Shown here: positions 29,381 through 38,520 of the stretch, one piece after another
How the letters are laid out: every line of letters starts with the position of its first letter
Numbering within the stretch: the stretch's first letter is position 1
NCBI GenBank assembly: GCA_040399225.1
Contig: JBBASN010000001.1
Location: forward strand, 1-55,041
DNA length: 55,041 bases
Source: Prochlorococcaceae cyanobacterium
Lineage (GTDB): Bacteria; Cyanobacteriota; Cyanobacteriia; PCC-6307; Cyanobiaceae
Direction of reading: 5' to 3'
Notes under the pieces: generated by a model
Database searches by the model: none
Seen by the model: the letters and a program-made list of their open reading frames with translations, nothing else
What the model was told of the DNA's origin: nothing
Translations under genes and position numbers: made by a program

Positions 29381-30529
29381 TCAGCCCCAGAGCCGTCGGC
29401 GCGGCGCGGCGGCCAGGCGGCGGTGGGTGTCGGCCAAGAGGTGGGGGATCGGCAGCTGGTGGGGGCAGCGGGGCAGGCAGGCGCCGCAGTGGCTGCAGGC
29501 CTCGGCATTCAGCTCCTCCCACCAGTGGCCGGCCCGGCCGATCAGGTTGTAGCGCTCCTCGGCATAGGTGTGCATGCCATGGCCGATGGCCAGGTTGCGC
29601 AGGCGCAGCAGCTCGGGGATCGGCACGCCGTTGGGGCAGGGCAGGCAGGCCCGGCACTGGCCGCAGCGCTCGGTTCCCAGGCGCTCCTGGCCGGCAGTCG
29701 TGAGCCGCGTCAGGGTCTGGTGATGCTCAGTGCTGAGCCAGGGGCGCTGGGCCTCGGGAGCGGCAAGGGCGGCGGCCCAGGCCAGATCGCCCGGCTGCTC
29801 GGCCCCCAGGCTCAGGGTGGAGATCCCCTGATCGAGCAGGAAGCGGTAGGCCAGCTCCAGGGGGTGGAACGGGGCGCAGTCGGCCAGCAGCTCGGGCGGA
29901 GGGTCGTAGAGGCGGCCGCCCTTGTCGGCCGGGGAGATGGCCAGCACGCCGATGCCCTCGCCCAGGGCAGCGCGGGCCAGGGGCAGGCGCGTCTGGTCGA
30001 ACAGGTGCAGGTGCAGGCTGCACACCTGGAAACGGCCCGTGGCCAGGGCGGCCTCGATCAGCTCCGTGCTGCCGTGGCTGGAGAAGCCCACCTGGCCCAC
30101 CAGCCCCTCGCCGCTGGCCCAGGCCAGCAGCTCGGCGCCGGGGCCGCGGGTGGCCCATTGCAGGTGTTCGGGGCGGTTGAGGCCGTGCACCGCCAGGGTG
30201 GTGAGCTGGGCCACACCCAGGCGCTGGAGGATGGCGCGCAACTGGGCCTGGCCGCTCTGCAGCGCGGCGCCGGGCAGCAGTTTGCTGGTGATCCGCCAGC
30301 CGCCCTCGGGGCCCAGGCCCTCGGCAGCAAGGCCGGCGAGGGCCTGGCCGAGGAAGCTCTCGGCGGGGCCGTAGGCCGGCGCGGTTTCCAGATGGTTGAT
30401 GCCCGTGGCCAGGGCCGCCCGCAGCACCGCGTCCATCTGGGCGGCACTGCCGAGGGCCCGCATCGTGCCCAGCGTGAACACCGATACCGGCGGGCCGGTG
30501 CCGTAATCGCGCTCAGCCAGCGGGGGCAC
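29381..30529 (-). CDS. Aldo/keto reductase with C-terminal 4Fe-4S domain
   Basis: LGTMR, GINHLETA..YG.AE, GFSSHG, CGQCRACLPCP and CSHCGACLPRCP. Confidence 0.9.
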   Translation of the reverse strand: MPPLAERDYGTGPPVSVFTLGTMRALGSAAQMDAVLRAALATGINHLETAPAYGPAESFLGQALAGLAAEGLGPEGGWRITSKLLPGAALQSGQAQLRAILQRLGVAQLTTLAVHGLNRPEHLQWATRGPGAELLAWASGEGLVGQVGFSSHGSTELIEAALATGRFQVCSLHLHLFDQTRLPLARAALGEGIGVLAISPADKGGRLYDPPPELLADCAPFHPLELAYRFLLDQGISTLSLGAEQPGDLAWAAALAAPEAQRPWLSTEHHQTLTRLTTAGQERLGTERCGQCRACLPCPNGVPIPELLRLRNLAIGHGMHTYAEERYNLIGRAGHWWEELNAEACSHCGACLPRCPHQLPIPHLLADTHRRLAAAPRRRLWG

Positions 30530-31106
30530 TGGGGGGCTCGCCCGGGTCGCTCTCGCCGGGCCCCTCCTCCCCGGCGTCGCCGTTGCCTGGCTGGGGCTCG
30601 GGTTCGGGGTGGGCCTTGCTGAGGTGGCGCACCAGCTCGGCCGGGCTCACCGAGTCGAGAAAGCGGCGGAAGTCGGCGGCGTCCTCGGCGTCGGCCTCGG
30701 CATCCACCGGCATCGAGGCATCGGCCACCACCTCCTCCAGCATCCAGATCGAGCTGCCGGTGCGCACGGCCAGGGCGATGGCGTCACTGGGGCGAGCATC
30801 GAGTTCCAGGCCTGGCTTGCCCTCGCCGCGGCTGAGTTTGATCACGGCCCGGAAGGTGCTCTCCTCGATGGCGTGGATGATCACCCGCTCCAGCTGCAGG
30901 TCTCCCGCCTCCAGCAGGGCCACCATTAGGTCGTGGCTGAGGGGCCGTGGCGGCTTGTCGTCACCGAGGCCCGCCAGGATGTTCTGGGCTTGGGCCTGGT
31001 CGATCCAGATCGGCACCTGGCGCCGGCTGCCCGGGTCGCGCAGCAGCACGATCGGGCTGCGGCTGGCCGCATCGAGGGCAATACCGGCAACGCGCATTTC
31101 CACCAT
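30513..31106 (-). CDS. Bifunctional nuclease family protein (DUF151)
   Basis: PIVLL.D, PIWI...A, PRPLSHDL, DARPSDAIALA. Confidence 0.92.
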   Translation of the reverse strand: MVEMRVAGIALDAASRSPIVLLRDPGSRRQVPIWIDQAQAQNILAGLGDDKPPRPLSHDLMVALLEAGDLQLERVIIHAIEESTFRAVIKLSRGEGKPGLELDARPSDAIALAVRTGSSIWMLEEVVADASMPVDAEADAEDAADFRRFLDSVSPAELVRHLSKAHPEPEPQPGNGDAGEEGPGESDPGEPPSAPAG

Positions 31107-31174
31107 GGTGTTGCGAAGCCCCTTGCACGATTATGGCCAGGGCTTTGGGCTGCTGAGCCGAAACGGAGGGGCAA

Positions 31175-31831
31175 ATGTTCACCGGTCTGGTGCGGGCCAC
31201 CGGCACGATTGAACCGGCGGAGGGCGGAGTGCGGCTGCGCTGGAGCAGTTCCGGCTGGCCACCGGCGGAGCTGGCCCTGGGGGACAGCGTGGCTGTGGAT
31301 GGGGTCTGTCTCACCGTGGCCGAGCGGCTGGCCGATGGCTTCCGGGCCGACGTGAGTGCCGAGACCCTGGGCCGCAGCACCCTGGCGGCCAAGGCCCGCG
31401 GGCGCGCCGCCGTGAACCTGGAGCCGGCCCTGCGCCTGGCCGACCGGCTCGGTGGCCACCTGGTGAGCGGCCATGTGGATGGACTCGGAGAGGTGCGCGT
31501 CGCCGAGCGGCAGGGCGGCGAGAGCTGGCGGTTGGAGCTGGCCTGGCGCGATCCGGCCTACGGCCGCTATGTGTGTGAGAAGGCCAGCGTGGCCGTGGAT
31601 GGCATCAGCCTCACGGTTGCGGGCTGCAGCGCCGACGGCAGCCAGTTCTGGATCGCCGTGATTCCCCACACCTGGGCTGAGACCACCCTGCACCGCCTGC
31701 GGCCCGGTGATGCGGTGAATCTGGAGGCCGACCTGCTGGCCAAGTACACCGAGCGGCTGCTGGCCAGCCGAGGGGGCGAGCCGGCCCAGCCCCTCGATCG
31801 CGCCTGGCTGGCGGAGCACGGCTGGTCCTGA
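31175..31831 (+). CDS. ribE: Riboflavin synthase (alpha chain)
   Basis: MFTGLV, GDSVAVDGVCLTV, GGHLVSGHVDG, IPHT, VNLE.D. Confidence 0.96.
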   Translation: MFTGLVRATGTIEPAEGGVRLRWSSSGWPPAELALGDSVAVDGVCLTVAERLADGFRADVSAETLGRSTLAAKARGRAAVNLEPALRLADRLGGHLVSGHVDGLGEVRVAERQGGESWRLELAWRDPAYGRYVCEKASVAVDGISLTVAGCSADGSQFWIAVIPHTWAETTLHRLRPGDAVNLEADLLAKYTERLLASRGGEPAQPLDRAWLAEHGWS

Positions 31832-31930
31832 AGCAGGGCGACTGGGGCCTCGCACCGTAACGCTTGCCTGCCAGGCGGCTGGCCTGCTGGAACACCCTGC
31901 CTAGGGTGCGAGCAGCTGCCTTTCACGCCC

Positions 31931-32485
31931 GTGGCCAGCACGTCCAGTCTGCGCGCGTTCACCCTGTTTGAAGGGGTGTTGATGCTGGTGCTGGGCGTGA
32001 TGGCGCTGATCTTCCCCGTGGTGGCTTCGGTGTGGGCCACCGCCGTGGTGGCCCTCGGCTTCCTGGTGGGAGGGATCGTGGGCTGGATCAACAACCTGAT
32101 GCGGGCCCGGTTGCTGGGTCGCTGGCTCGTGTTCTGGCGGCTTGTGGTCTCCACCCTCTTCCTGGTGGCGGGCGCCAGCATGATTCAGCAACTCGGCGCC
32201 GGGCTGGCCACTGCCGTCCTGCCCGTGGCCAGCCTGGCCCTGGCCATCGGCCTGGTGTTCGTGCTGGAGGGCCTTGTGGCGCTGGGGGTATCGCTCAGCC
32301 ACCGCCAGATCCGGGGCTGGGGCTGGGGCCTGCTCAACGGAATCGTGACCCTCGTGCTGGGGGTGCTGATCCTGAGCATGGGCAAAGCCGGCCTGATCAG
32401 TGTGATCGGCATCCTGGTGGGGGTAAGTTTTCTGTTCAGCGGGATCGACCTGCTCAGCTTCAGTGCCAGCTTCCACGACGACTGA
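31931..32485 (+). CDS. HdeD/DUF308 family membrane protein
   Basis: Six TMs; EG.LM..LG..AL..P and GW...LNGI.T..LG patterns. Confidence 0.8.
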   Translation: MASTSSLRAFTLFEGVLMLVLGVMALIFPVVASVWATAVVALGFLVGGIVGWINNLMRARLLGRWLVFWRLVVSTLFLVAGASMIQQLGAGLATAVLPVASLALAIGLVFVLEGLVALGVSLSHRQIRGWGWGLLNGIVTLVLGVLILSMGKAGLISVIGILVGVSFLFSGIDLLSFSASFHDD

Positions 32486-32540
32486 GATCCCGGACTGAGA
32501 TCTGGCTGCAGTGCAGCCCTGCCTGGCCCGATCCTGCAGA

Positions 32541-32951
32541 TCACGCCTCAGGGTGTTGAGCAGTGCTGGAATCGAGAGGCATCAGCCAGATGGAACGGGT
32601 GTCCTGGTGGATCTCGATCCGGAATTCCTGCCCGGGCTGCAGTCCCAGGCGGCGGGTGTAGGCACTGCCGATCAACAGGTTGCCGTTGCCATGCACGCGG
32701 GTGCGGAAGTCTGCCTGGCGTCCTTTCGGGCCACCATGGCCTGGTGAGGAGGCAGCTGAGGGCAGGGCATAGCCCTTGGCGGCCACCAGGGCCCGGTAGA
32801 AGCTCTTGCGCAACACCCGGCCACTGGGACCCACGTAGCCACAGGCCCTGGCGATTTCGTCCTCAGGCCTGTTGCTCAGAGCCCTGGCCCGATCCAGCAG
32901 GGCTTTGCCTTCCAGCATCTCGGTCTGTCCCGGGCCGTTGCCTGAGGCCAT
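32541..32951 (-). CDS. AbrB-family (cyanobacterial) transcriptional regulator
   Basis: L.G..LL, ARACGY, FY.AL..AKG, V..NGNLLIG.AYT..LGL.PG.EF.I. Confidence 0.88.
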   Translation of the reverse strand: MASGNGPGQTEMLEGKALLDRARALSNRPEDEIARACGYVGPSGRVLRKSFYRALVAAKGYALPSAASSPGHGGPKGRQADFRTRVHGNGNLLIGSAYTRRLGLQPGQEFRIEIHQDTRSIWLMPLDSSTAQHPEA

Positions 32952-33085
32952 GGTGATGACTCTTGCGCGAGTGCCTGATCAGATTGTGCCCATCGGTTCA
33001 GGCCAACGGCAAGGGTCTGGATGGGGTAGAAGGCTTGGGAACGTTGACCGGAACGGGCCTGGATTGTGTTGCGGGTTCTCCGTTT

Positions 33086-33703
33086 TCACAGCAGGTAGAT
33101 GATCCCGTAGAGCACCACCCAAATGCCATCCACAAAGTGCCAGTAGAGCTCAGCCGCCTCCAGCCCGAAGTGGTTCTCGGCGGTGATCGTTCCACCCGGT
33201 CGGGTCTGCAGGGCCACGATGGCGATGCAGATCGCCCCGAGGGTGACGTGCAGACCGTGGAAGCCTGTGAGGGCGTAGAAGGTGCTGGCGAAGAGGTTGT
33301 CAGTGAGCCCGAAGGGCAAGGTGAAGTACTCCACCATCTGGCCCGCGAGGAAAGCCAGCCCCAGGGCGCCGGTAAGCAGCAGCCAGTTGCGGGCAGCGGT
33401 GAGCTTGTTGGCCCTGCACTCCTTGCCTGCCCGGTGGAAGGTGAAGCTGCTCACCAGCAGCAGCACGGTGTTGATCGTGGGCAGCAGCAGCTCGAGCTCG
33501 TAGCTGCTGCCCTCAGGCAGGGGATTCACCGCCCGGAAGGTGAGGTAGGCAGCGAAGAAACCGGCGAAGGTCATGCCATCGGCCACCAGGAAAGTGGCCA
33601 GTCCGAACAGACGCAGATCCGGGTGCTCGTGCTGGTGGTCCTGACTGGCGGTGGTGGCCGCGCTGATGGCCTCAGCCGTGGTTGCTGGAGTGGTGCTGGT
33701 CAT
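33086..33703 (-). CDS. ctaE: Cytochrome c oxidase subunit III
   Basis: NTVLLL.SS, FY.LTGFHGLHV, YWHFVD.IW. Confidence 0.96.
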   Translation of the reverse strand: MTSTTPATTAEAISAATTASQDHQHEHPDLRLFGLATFLVADGMTFAGFFAAYLTFRAVNPLPEGSSYELELLLPTINTVLLLVSSFTFHRAGKECRANKLTAARNWLLLTGALGLAFLAGQMVEYFTLPFGLTDNLFASTFYALTGFHGLHVTLGAICIAIVALQTRPGGTITAENHFGLEAAELYWHFVDGIWVVLYGIIYLL

Positions 33704-35355
33704 CGGGCCGGCTCCAGGGTGGGTTCGCTGGTCTCGGGGGCTCGCCCATAGCCGTAGGGCTCGGTGACCAGGGGGGCTTCGCCCTTCCAGTTCTCCACTG
33801 GCGGCGGTGAACTGGTGAGCCATTCGGGGGTGAGGGCGTTCCAGGGGTTATCACCGGCCTCCTGGCCGTTGATGGCCGTGACCACCACGTTGATCAGGAG
33901 TGGCAAGGTACTGATCGCCATGATCAATGCCCCCACACTGCTCACCTGGTTGAGGGTGGTGAAGGTGGGGTCGTATTCGGCCACGCGGCGGGGCATGCCG
34001 TTGAGGCCGAGCCAGTGCTGGGGCAGGAAGCAGAGGTTGAAGCCGATGAAGGTGAGCAGGAAGTGCAAGCGGCCCAGGTCTTCATTGAGCAGCCGACCTG
34101 TGAATTTGGGATACCAGTGGTAGAGGGAGGCGAAGATCACGAACACCGTGCCGCCATACACGATGTAGTGGAAATGGCCCACCACGTAGTACGTGTCGTG
34201 GACGTGGATGTCGAAGGGCACCTGGGCCAGGGTGATACCGGTGATGCCGCCGAACACGAAGTTGAGGATGAAGCCACAGGAAAACAACATGGCTGAATTC
34301 AGGGCGATCTTGCCGCCCCACAAGGTGGCCAGCCAGTTAAAGAATTTGATGCCCGTAGGCACGGCGATGAAGGAGGTGGCGATCGTGAAGAACAGGCGCA
34401 TCCAGGGCGGTGTGCCGCTGGTGAACATGTGGTGGGCCCACACGATCAACCCCAGGAACACAATGCCCATGATGGAATACACCATCGTGGTGTAGCCGAA
34501 CAGGGGCTTGCGGGAGTGCACCGGCAGGATCTCGCTCACAAGACCGAAGGCCGGCAGCACCATGATGTAAACGGCGGGGTGGGAATAGAACCAGAAAAGG
34601 TGCTGATACACCACCACGTTGCCGCCCAGGGCCGGGTTGAAGAAGCCGGTGTGGGCAATGATGTCGAAGCTCAGCAGAATCAGCACCCCTGCCAGAACCG
34701 GGGTGGAGAGCACCACCAGCAGGCTGGTGCCGAGCATTGCCCAGCAGTACATCGGCAGCTGCATCATCTTCAGGCCAGGCCGACGAAGCTTGAGCACGGT
34801 GGCGATGAAATTGATGGCCCCGAAGATCGAGCTGCCGCCCAGCAGAAGCACACTCAGAATCCACACCACCTGGCCGGCTGCCGGGGTGGTGAGGCTCAGG
34901 GGTGGGTAGGCAGTCCAGCCAGACTGGGCGGCGGCATCGGCCAGGAAATAGCTGCTGATCAACAGCAGGCCCGCGGGGGGAATCATCCAGAAAGCCACCG
35001 CGTTGAGCCTGGGGAAGGCCATGTCGCGGGCCCCCACGTAGAAGGGGATCAGATAGTTGCCGAAGGCCCCGTTCACCACCGGCACAATCCAGAGGAAGAT
35101 CATCACCGTGCCATGCAGGGTGAGCGCCTCGTTGTAGGTGTCACGAGGCATGAAGTCCGAAAGGGGTGTGGCCAGCTCGGTGCGGATGGCGCCTGCCAGC
35201 AGCCCGCCCACCAGATAGAAGAGAAAGCCACACACCAGGTATTGCAGGCCGATCACCTTGTGATCGACGCTGAAGCTGAAGTAGCGCAGCCAGCCCCTGG
35301 GCTGGAGGGGTTCCTGCAGCTGGGGTTCCAGATCCCGGGGGGTGGCGACGGTCAT
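33700..35355 (-). CDS. ctaD: Cytochrome c oxidase subunit I (type A2, YSHPAVY)
   Basis: DHKVIG, HGT.M, DMAFPRLN, FWFYSHPAVY, VWAHHM, HDTYYVVGHFH, GMPRR. Confidence 0.98.
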   Translation of the reverse strand: MTVATPRDLEPQLQEPLQPRGWLRYFSFSVDHKVIGLQYLVCGFLFYLVGGLLAGAIRTELATPLSDFMPRDTYNEALTLHGTVMIFLWIVPVVNGAFGNYLIPFYVGARDMAFPRLNAVAFWMIPPAGLLLISSYFLADAAAQSGWTAYPPLSLTTPAAGQVVWILSVLLLGGSSIFGAINFIATVLKLRRPGLKMMQLPMYCWAMLGTSLLVVLSTPVLAGVLILLSFDIIAHTGFFNPALGGNVVVYQHLFWFYSHPAVYIMVLPAFGLVSEILPVHSRKPLFGYTTMVYSIMGIVFLGLIVWAHHMFTSGTPPWMRLFFTIATSFIAVPTGIKFFNWLATLWGGKIALNSAMLFSCGFILNFVFGGITGITLAQVPFDIHVHDTYYVVGHFHYIVYGGTVFVIFASLYHWYPKFTGRLLNEDLGRLHFLLTFIGFNLCFLPQHWLGLNGMPRRVAEYDPTFTTLNQVSSVGALIMAISTLPLLINVVVTAINGQEAGDNPWNALTPEWLTSSPPPVENWKGEAPLVTEPYGYGRAPETSEPTLEPAR

Positions 35356-35417
35356 GGCTGGAGTGCGGGCGGACGCGGCATCGATGGGCGGTTGAATCGA
35401 AGGTGGCGGCTGTGGGC

Positions 35418-36284
35418 TCAGGCTGATGTGGCGGGACTGTTCTGGGCCAACCAGGCCTGGTAGTCGTCCGGCTCGTGCACCACCACATTGGAGCGCATCC
35501 CACCGTGGTAAGGCCCGCACAGCTCGGCGCAGATCAGGGGGTAGGTGCCGGGCCGGGTTGCCGTGAATGACAGCAGGGTGGGCTGGCCGGGTATTACGTC
35601 CTGCTTGAGCCGGAACTGGGGCACCCAGAAGGCATGGATCACATCCCGGGCCTCCATGCGCAACTCCACGGGTTGACCGAGGGGCACATGCAGTTCACCA
35701 CTGGTGATGCCGGCATCCGGATACTGGAAGATGAAGGCAAACTGCATCGCCGTGAGGTCCACCGTGATGGGGGCTGCCGCACTGGGCTGGGCAGAGTCAT
35801 TGAGCACGGCCGCAGGACCGATACCCCCCCAAATGCGCGGTCGGCGTTCCAGATCCGTGGCCACGGCATCACCGGCCATGGCTGCGTGATCCATGGCTGC
35901 ATGATCCATGGCGCCATGGTCCAAGGAGGCCATACCGCCCATGCGCTCGTAGATGTCGTAGCTGTAGATGCCCACGAAGAGAATCACCACAGCAGGAATG
36001 GCTGTCCACACGATCTCGAGGGGCAGATTGCCTTCGATGGCCGGGCCATCGGCCAGTTCGCCCGGGCGTCGACGGAAGCGCACCAGGCTGTAGACCAACA
36101 CGATCAGGATGCCGAGAAACAGCATCGTGCCAATGCTGAAGAGAACCTGAAACAGGCTGTCGTAGGCGTAGGCGTTGGTGCTGGCGTCCTCCGGCAGGAG
36201 ATTCACCCGGGTGCCGATCACCAGTCCTGTCACCACAAGGGCCGTTGTGGCTAGGCCGGTGGTGGCAGCAGTGCGGATTCGCAC
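35418..36284 (-). CDS. ctaC: Cytochrome c oxidase subunit II
   Basis: LEIVWT.IP, DVIHAFWVP, CAELCG.YH..M CuA motif. Confidence 0.97.
   Translation of the reverse strand: MRIRTAATTGLATTALVVTGLVIGTRVNLLPEDASTNAYAYDSLFQVLFSIGTMLFLGILIVLVYSLVRFRRRPGELADGPAIEGNLPLEIVWTAIPAVVILFVGIYSYDIYERMGGMASLDHGAMDHAAMDHAAMAGDAVATDLERRPRIWGGIGPAAVLNDSAQPSAAAPITVDLTAMQFAFIFQYPDAGITSGELHVPLGQPVELRMEARDVIHAFWVPQFRLKQDVIPGQPTLLSFTATRPGTYPLICAELCGPYHGGMRSNVVVHEPDDYQAWLAQNSPATSA
35876..35922. repeat. Three 15-bp coding repeats encoding (L/M)DH(G/A)A in CtaC
   Basis: ccatggctgcgtgat / ccatggctgcatgat / ccatggcgccatggt. Confidence 0.88.
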
Positions 36285-36352
36285 AGTTCATCTCGAGCGT
36301 TGCACCACCCTATGGGGGGTGATGCAGTCCTGCGAACCCGGTTCAGCTTTGG

Positions 36353-36370
36353 ATGTGAAACGGCTCACAT
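36353..36370. promoter_or_regulatory. CRP-type palindromic operator between ctaC and ctaA
   Basis: aTGTGA-aacggc-TCACAt, an exact TGTGA-N6-TCACA match. Confidence 0.7.
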
Positions 36371-36513
36371 TGGCCCCGGCTGCTGCCGGCCTGTCTCCAT
36401 CTGGGGACATCGGCAGGTTTGCACTGAACCGTGATCCGCCAATTGTTCTCTGTCTTGATATCAAGATCGCCAACCTGTTGCGGGCGCTCTGACTCCAGCC
36501 CGATCTGGCTACG

Positions 36514-37518
36514 GTGCAAATCGATTTCCGGGGTTTCGTGTCACGACCGGCGTCCGCCGTCCTCACCTCCCCCGGCCATGGGGCCCAGCTTCATGCTGTT
36601 GATACGTCATTGTCCCGATCGGTGCCGATCCTGCGCCATCTGGCCACCCTCACTGCCCATCTGGTGGTGGCCCTGGTGGCTCTGGTGGTGATCGGCGGTG
36701 CCACCCGGGTGATGCAGGCCGGACTGGCCTGTCCAGATTGGCCGCTCTGTTACGGCTCCCTGCTGCCTGGTGGTCAGTTCAACCTGCAGGTGTTCCTGGA
36801 GTGGTTCCACCGCCTTGATGCCTTCGTGGTGGGCGTGGCCCTGCTGGTGCTCACTGCGGCCAGTGGCCTGGCCCGGCGCCGGCTGCCTCCCTGGTTGCCT
36901 TTGGCTTCCCTCGCAGCCCTGGTGCTGGTGGCCGTGCAGGGCGGGCTCGGTGCCCTCACGGTGACCCGCCTGCTGGCCGCTCCCCTGGTCACGGCCCACC
37001 TGGCCACGGCGCTCACCCTGGTGGTTCTGCTCAGTGGGGTCCACCAGGGCCTGGTGGTTGCCGGGTCGGCCCGGGCTCCTGCCCTGCCCCGCTGGTGGCT
37101 GCCGCTGCTTGCACTGGCCCTCGCCCTGATGTTCGGCCAGTGCCTCCTCGGCGGCTCCCTGGCCAGCACCTGGGCTGCAGAGCGTTGCCTCACGGACGGT
37201 GACGGCTGCCAGCTCCTCTGGCGCCATCGGCTGGTGGCTAGGCCTGCGGCGCTGCTGGTGCTGCTCCTGCTGCCAGCCAGCTGGGCCCTGCCCTCAGGCC
37301 AGCGCTGGCTGCGCTGGGCGGCCCTGGCTGCAGCCCTGCTGGTGGCCGCTCAGGTGGCCCTGGGCGTCATCACCCTGCGTCTGGGGCTGACGGTGCCGGC
37401 GGTGACCATCGCCCACCAGGCGGTGGCGGCGCTGCTTGTCGCCCTGCTCGGAGCCAGCCTCGGCCGCTGTCTCGCCCTGCCGCCTGCTCCTGCCCCTCCG
37501 GTACTCCGTCATGGTTAG
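36514..37518 (+). CDS. ctaA: Heme A synthase (COX15/CtaA); true start probably downstream of 36514
   Basis: GG.TR...[26 protein letters not shown]. Confidence 0.93.
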   Translation: MQIDFRGFVSRPASAVLTSPGHGAQLHAVDTSLSRSVPILRHLATLTAHLVVALVALVVIGGATRVMQAGLACPDWPLCYGSLLPGGQFNLQVFLEWFHRLDAFVVGVALLVLTAASGLARRRLPPWLPLASLAALVLVAVQGGLGALTVTRLLAAPLVTAHLATALTLVVLLSGVHQGLVVAGSARAPALPRWWLPLLALALALMFGQCLLGGSLASTWAAERCLTDGDGCQLLWRHRLVARPAALLVLLLLPASWALPSGQRWLRWAALAAALLVAAQVALGVITLRLGLTVPAVTIAHQAVAALLVALLGASLGRCLALPPAPAPPVLRHG

Positions 37519-38500
37519 TGCTCCATCCCAGGCCGGTGCCCTGCTGCTGGCCAGCCAGCCCCCGCCGGTGCGGCCCTCGGTACGCCTGCCCGCCTGGCTG
37601 GAGGTGGCCAAGCCCCGTCTGATTCCTTTGTTGCTGGCCACCACCCTGGCTGGCATGGCCGTGAGTGATCCCTTGGGTTCGGGGCCCGTGCAGGCCGGCA
37701 CCGTGCTGGCCACCCTCTTGGGCGGCAGCCTGGCGGCCGCGGCGGCCGGCGTTCTCAACTGCGTGTGGGAGCAGGACCTCGACGGGCGCATGCAGCGCAC
37801 CAGCCGCCGGGCCCTGCCTTCCGGCCGGCTGGATCAGGGCCAGGCCCTTGGCCTGGCTGCCCTGCTCACCACCGTGGCCGTGCTGGTGCTGGTGCTGGCG
37901 GTGAATGCCCTGGCGGCCAGCCTGGCCCTGCTGGGCCTGTGCAGCTACGTGCTGCTCTACACCGCCCTGCTCAAGCCCCGCACCTCCCAGAACATCGTGA
38001 TCGGCGGAGTGGCCGGCGCCATCCCTCCCCTGGTGGGCGCCGCCGCCAGCACCGGCCAGCTGGGCTGGGGGGGCTGGTGGCTGTTCGCCCTGGTGATGGT
38101 GTGGACCCCCGCCCACTTCTGGGCCCTCGCCCTGTTGCTGCGCGACGACTACCGCTCGGTGGGCATCCCGATGCTGCCGGTGGTCAAGGGGGTGGCCTTC
38201 ACCGGCCGGGCCATCCGCCGCTACGCCTGGGCCACCGCGGTCCTCAGTCTCTTCGCTCCGCTGGTGCTGCCCGCCGGCGGACTGCTCTACGGCCTGCTGG
38301 TGCTGCCCTTCAATGGCCGCCTTCTCCAGCTCAGCGGCGCCCTGGCCGGTGAACCCGAGAACCCCCAGCGGGCCAGGGCCCTGTTCCGCTGGTCGATCCT
38401 CTACCTGTTCGGCATCTGCCTGCTGCTGCTGCTGGCACGGCTGCCTCTGGCCCAGGCTCTCTCCCTGCCGCCGGCTGCGCTGCCTACATTGACCCCCTGA
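37511..38500 (+). CDS. ctaB: Protoheme IX farnesyltransferase (heme O synthase)
   Basis: KPRL, N...E.D.D..M.RT..R.LPSG, YT..LK.RT.QN.VIGG..GA.PP, WTP.HFWAL, DDY...GIPMLP. Confidence 0.96.
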   Translation: MVSAPSQAGALLLASQPPPVRPSVRLPAWLEVAKPRLIPLLLATTLAGMAVSDPLGSGPVQAGTVLATLLGGSLAAAAAGVLNCVWEQDLDGRMQRTSRRALPSGRLDQGQALGLAALLTTVAVLVLVLAVNALAASLALLGLCSYVLLYTALLKPRTSQNIVIGGVAGAIPPLVGAAASTGQLGWGGWWLFALVMVWTPAHFWALALLLRDDYRSVGIPMLPVVKGVAFTGRAIRRYAWATAVLSLFAPLVLPAGGLLYGLLVLPFNGRLLQLSGALAGEPENPQRARALFRWSILYLFGICLLLLLARLPLAQALSLPPAALPTLTP

Positions 38501-38520
38501 AACCTGGGGCCCCGGCTCTG

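Noticed and set aside
31849-31912. Alternative pairings (ctcgcacc/ggtgcgag versus caccct/agggtg) suggesting a riboswitch near riboflavin synthase
   Set aside because: It lies downstream of ribE, lacks FMN-riboswitch consensus, and contains a TAGGGT -10-like hexamer, so it is more likely promoter DNA
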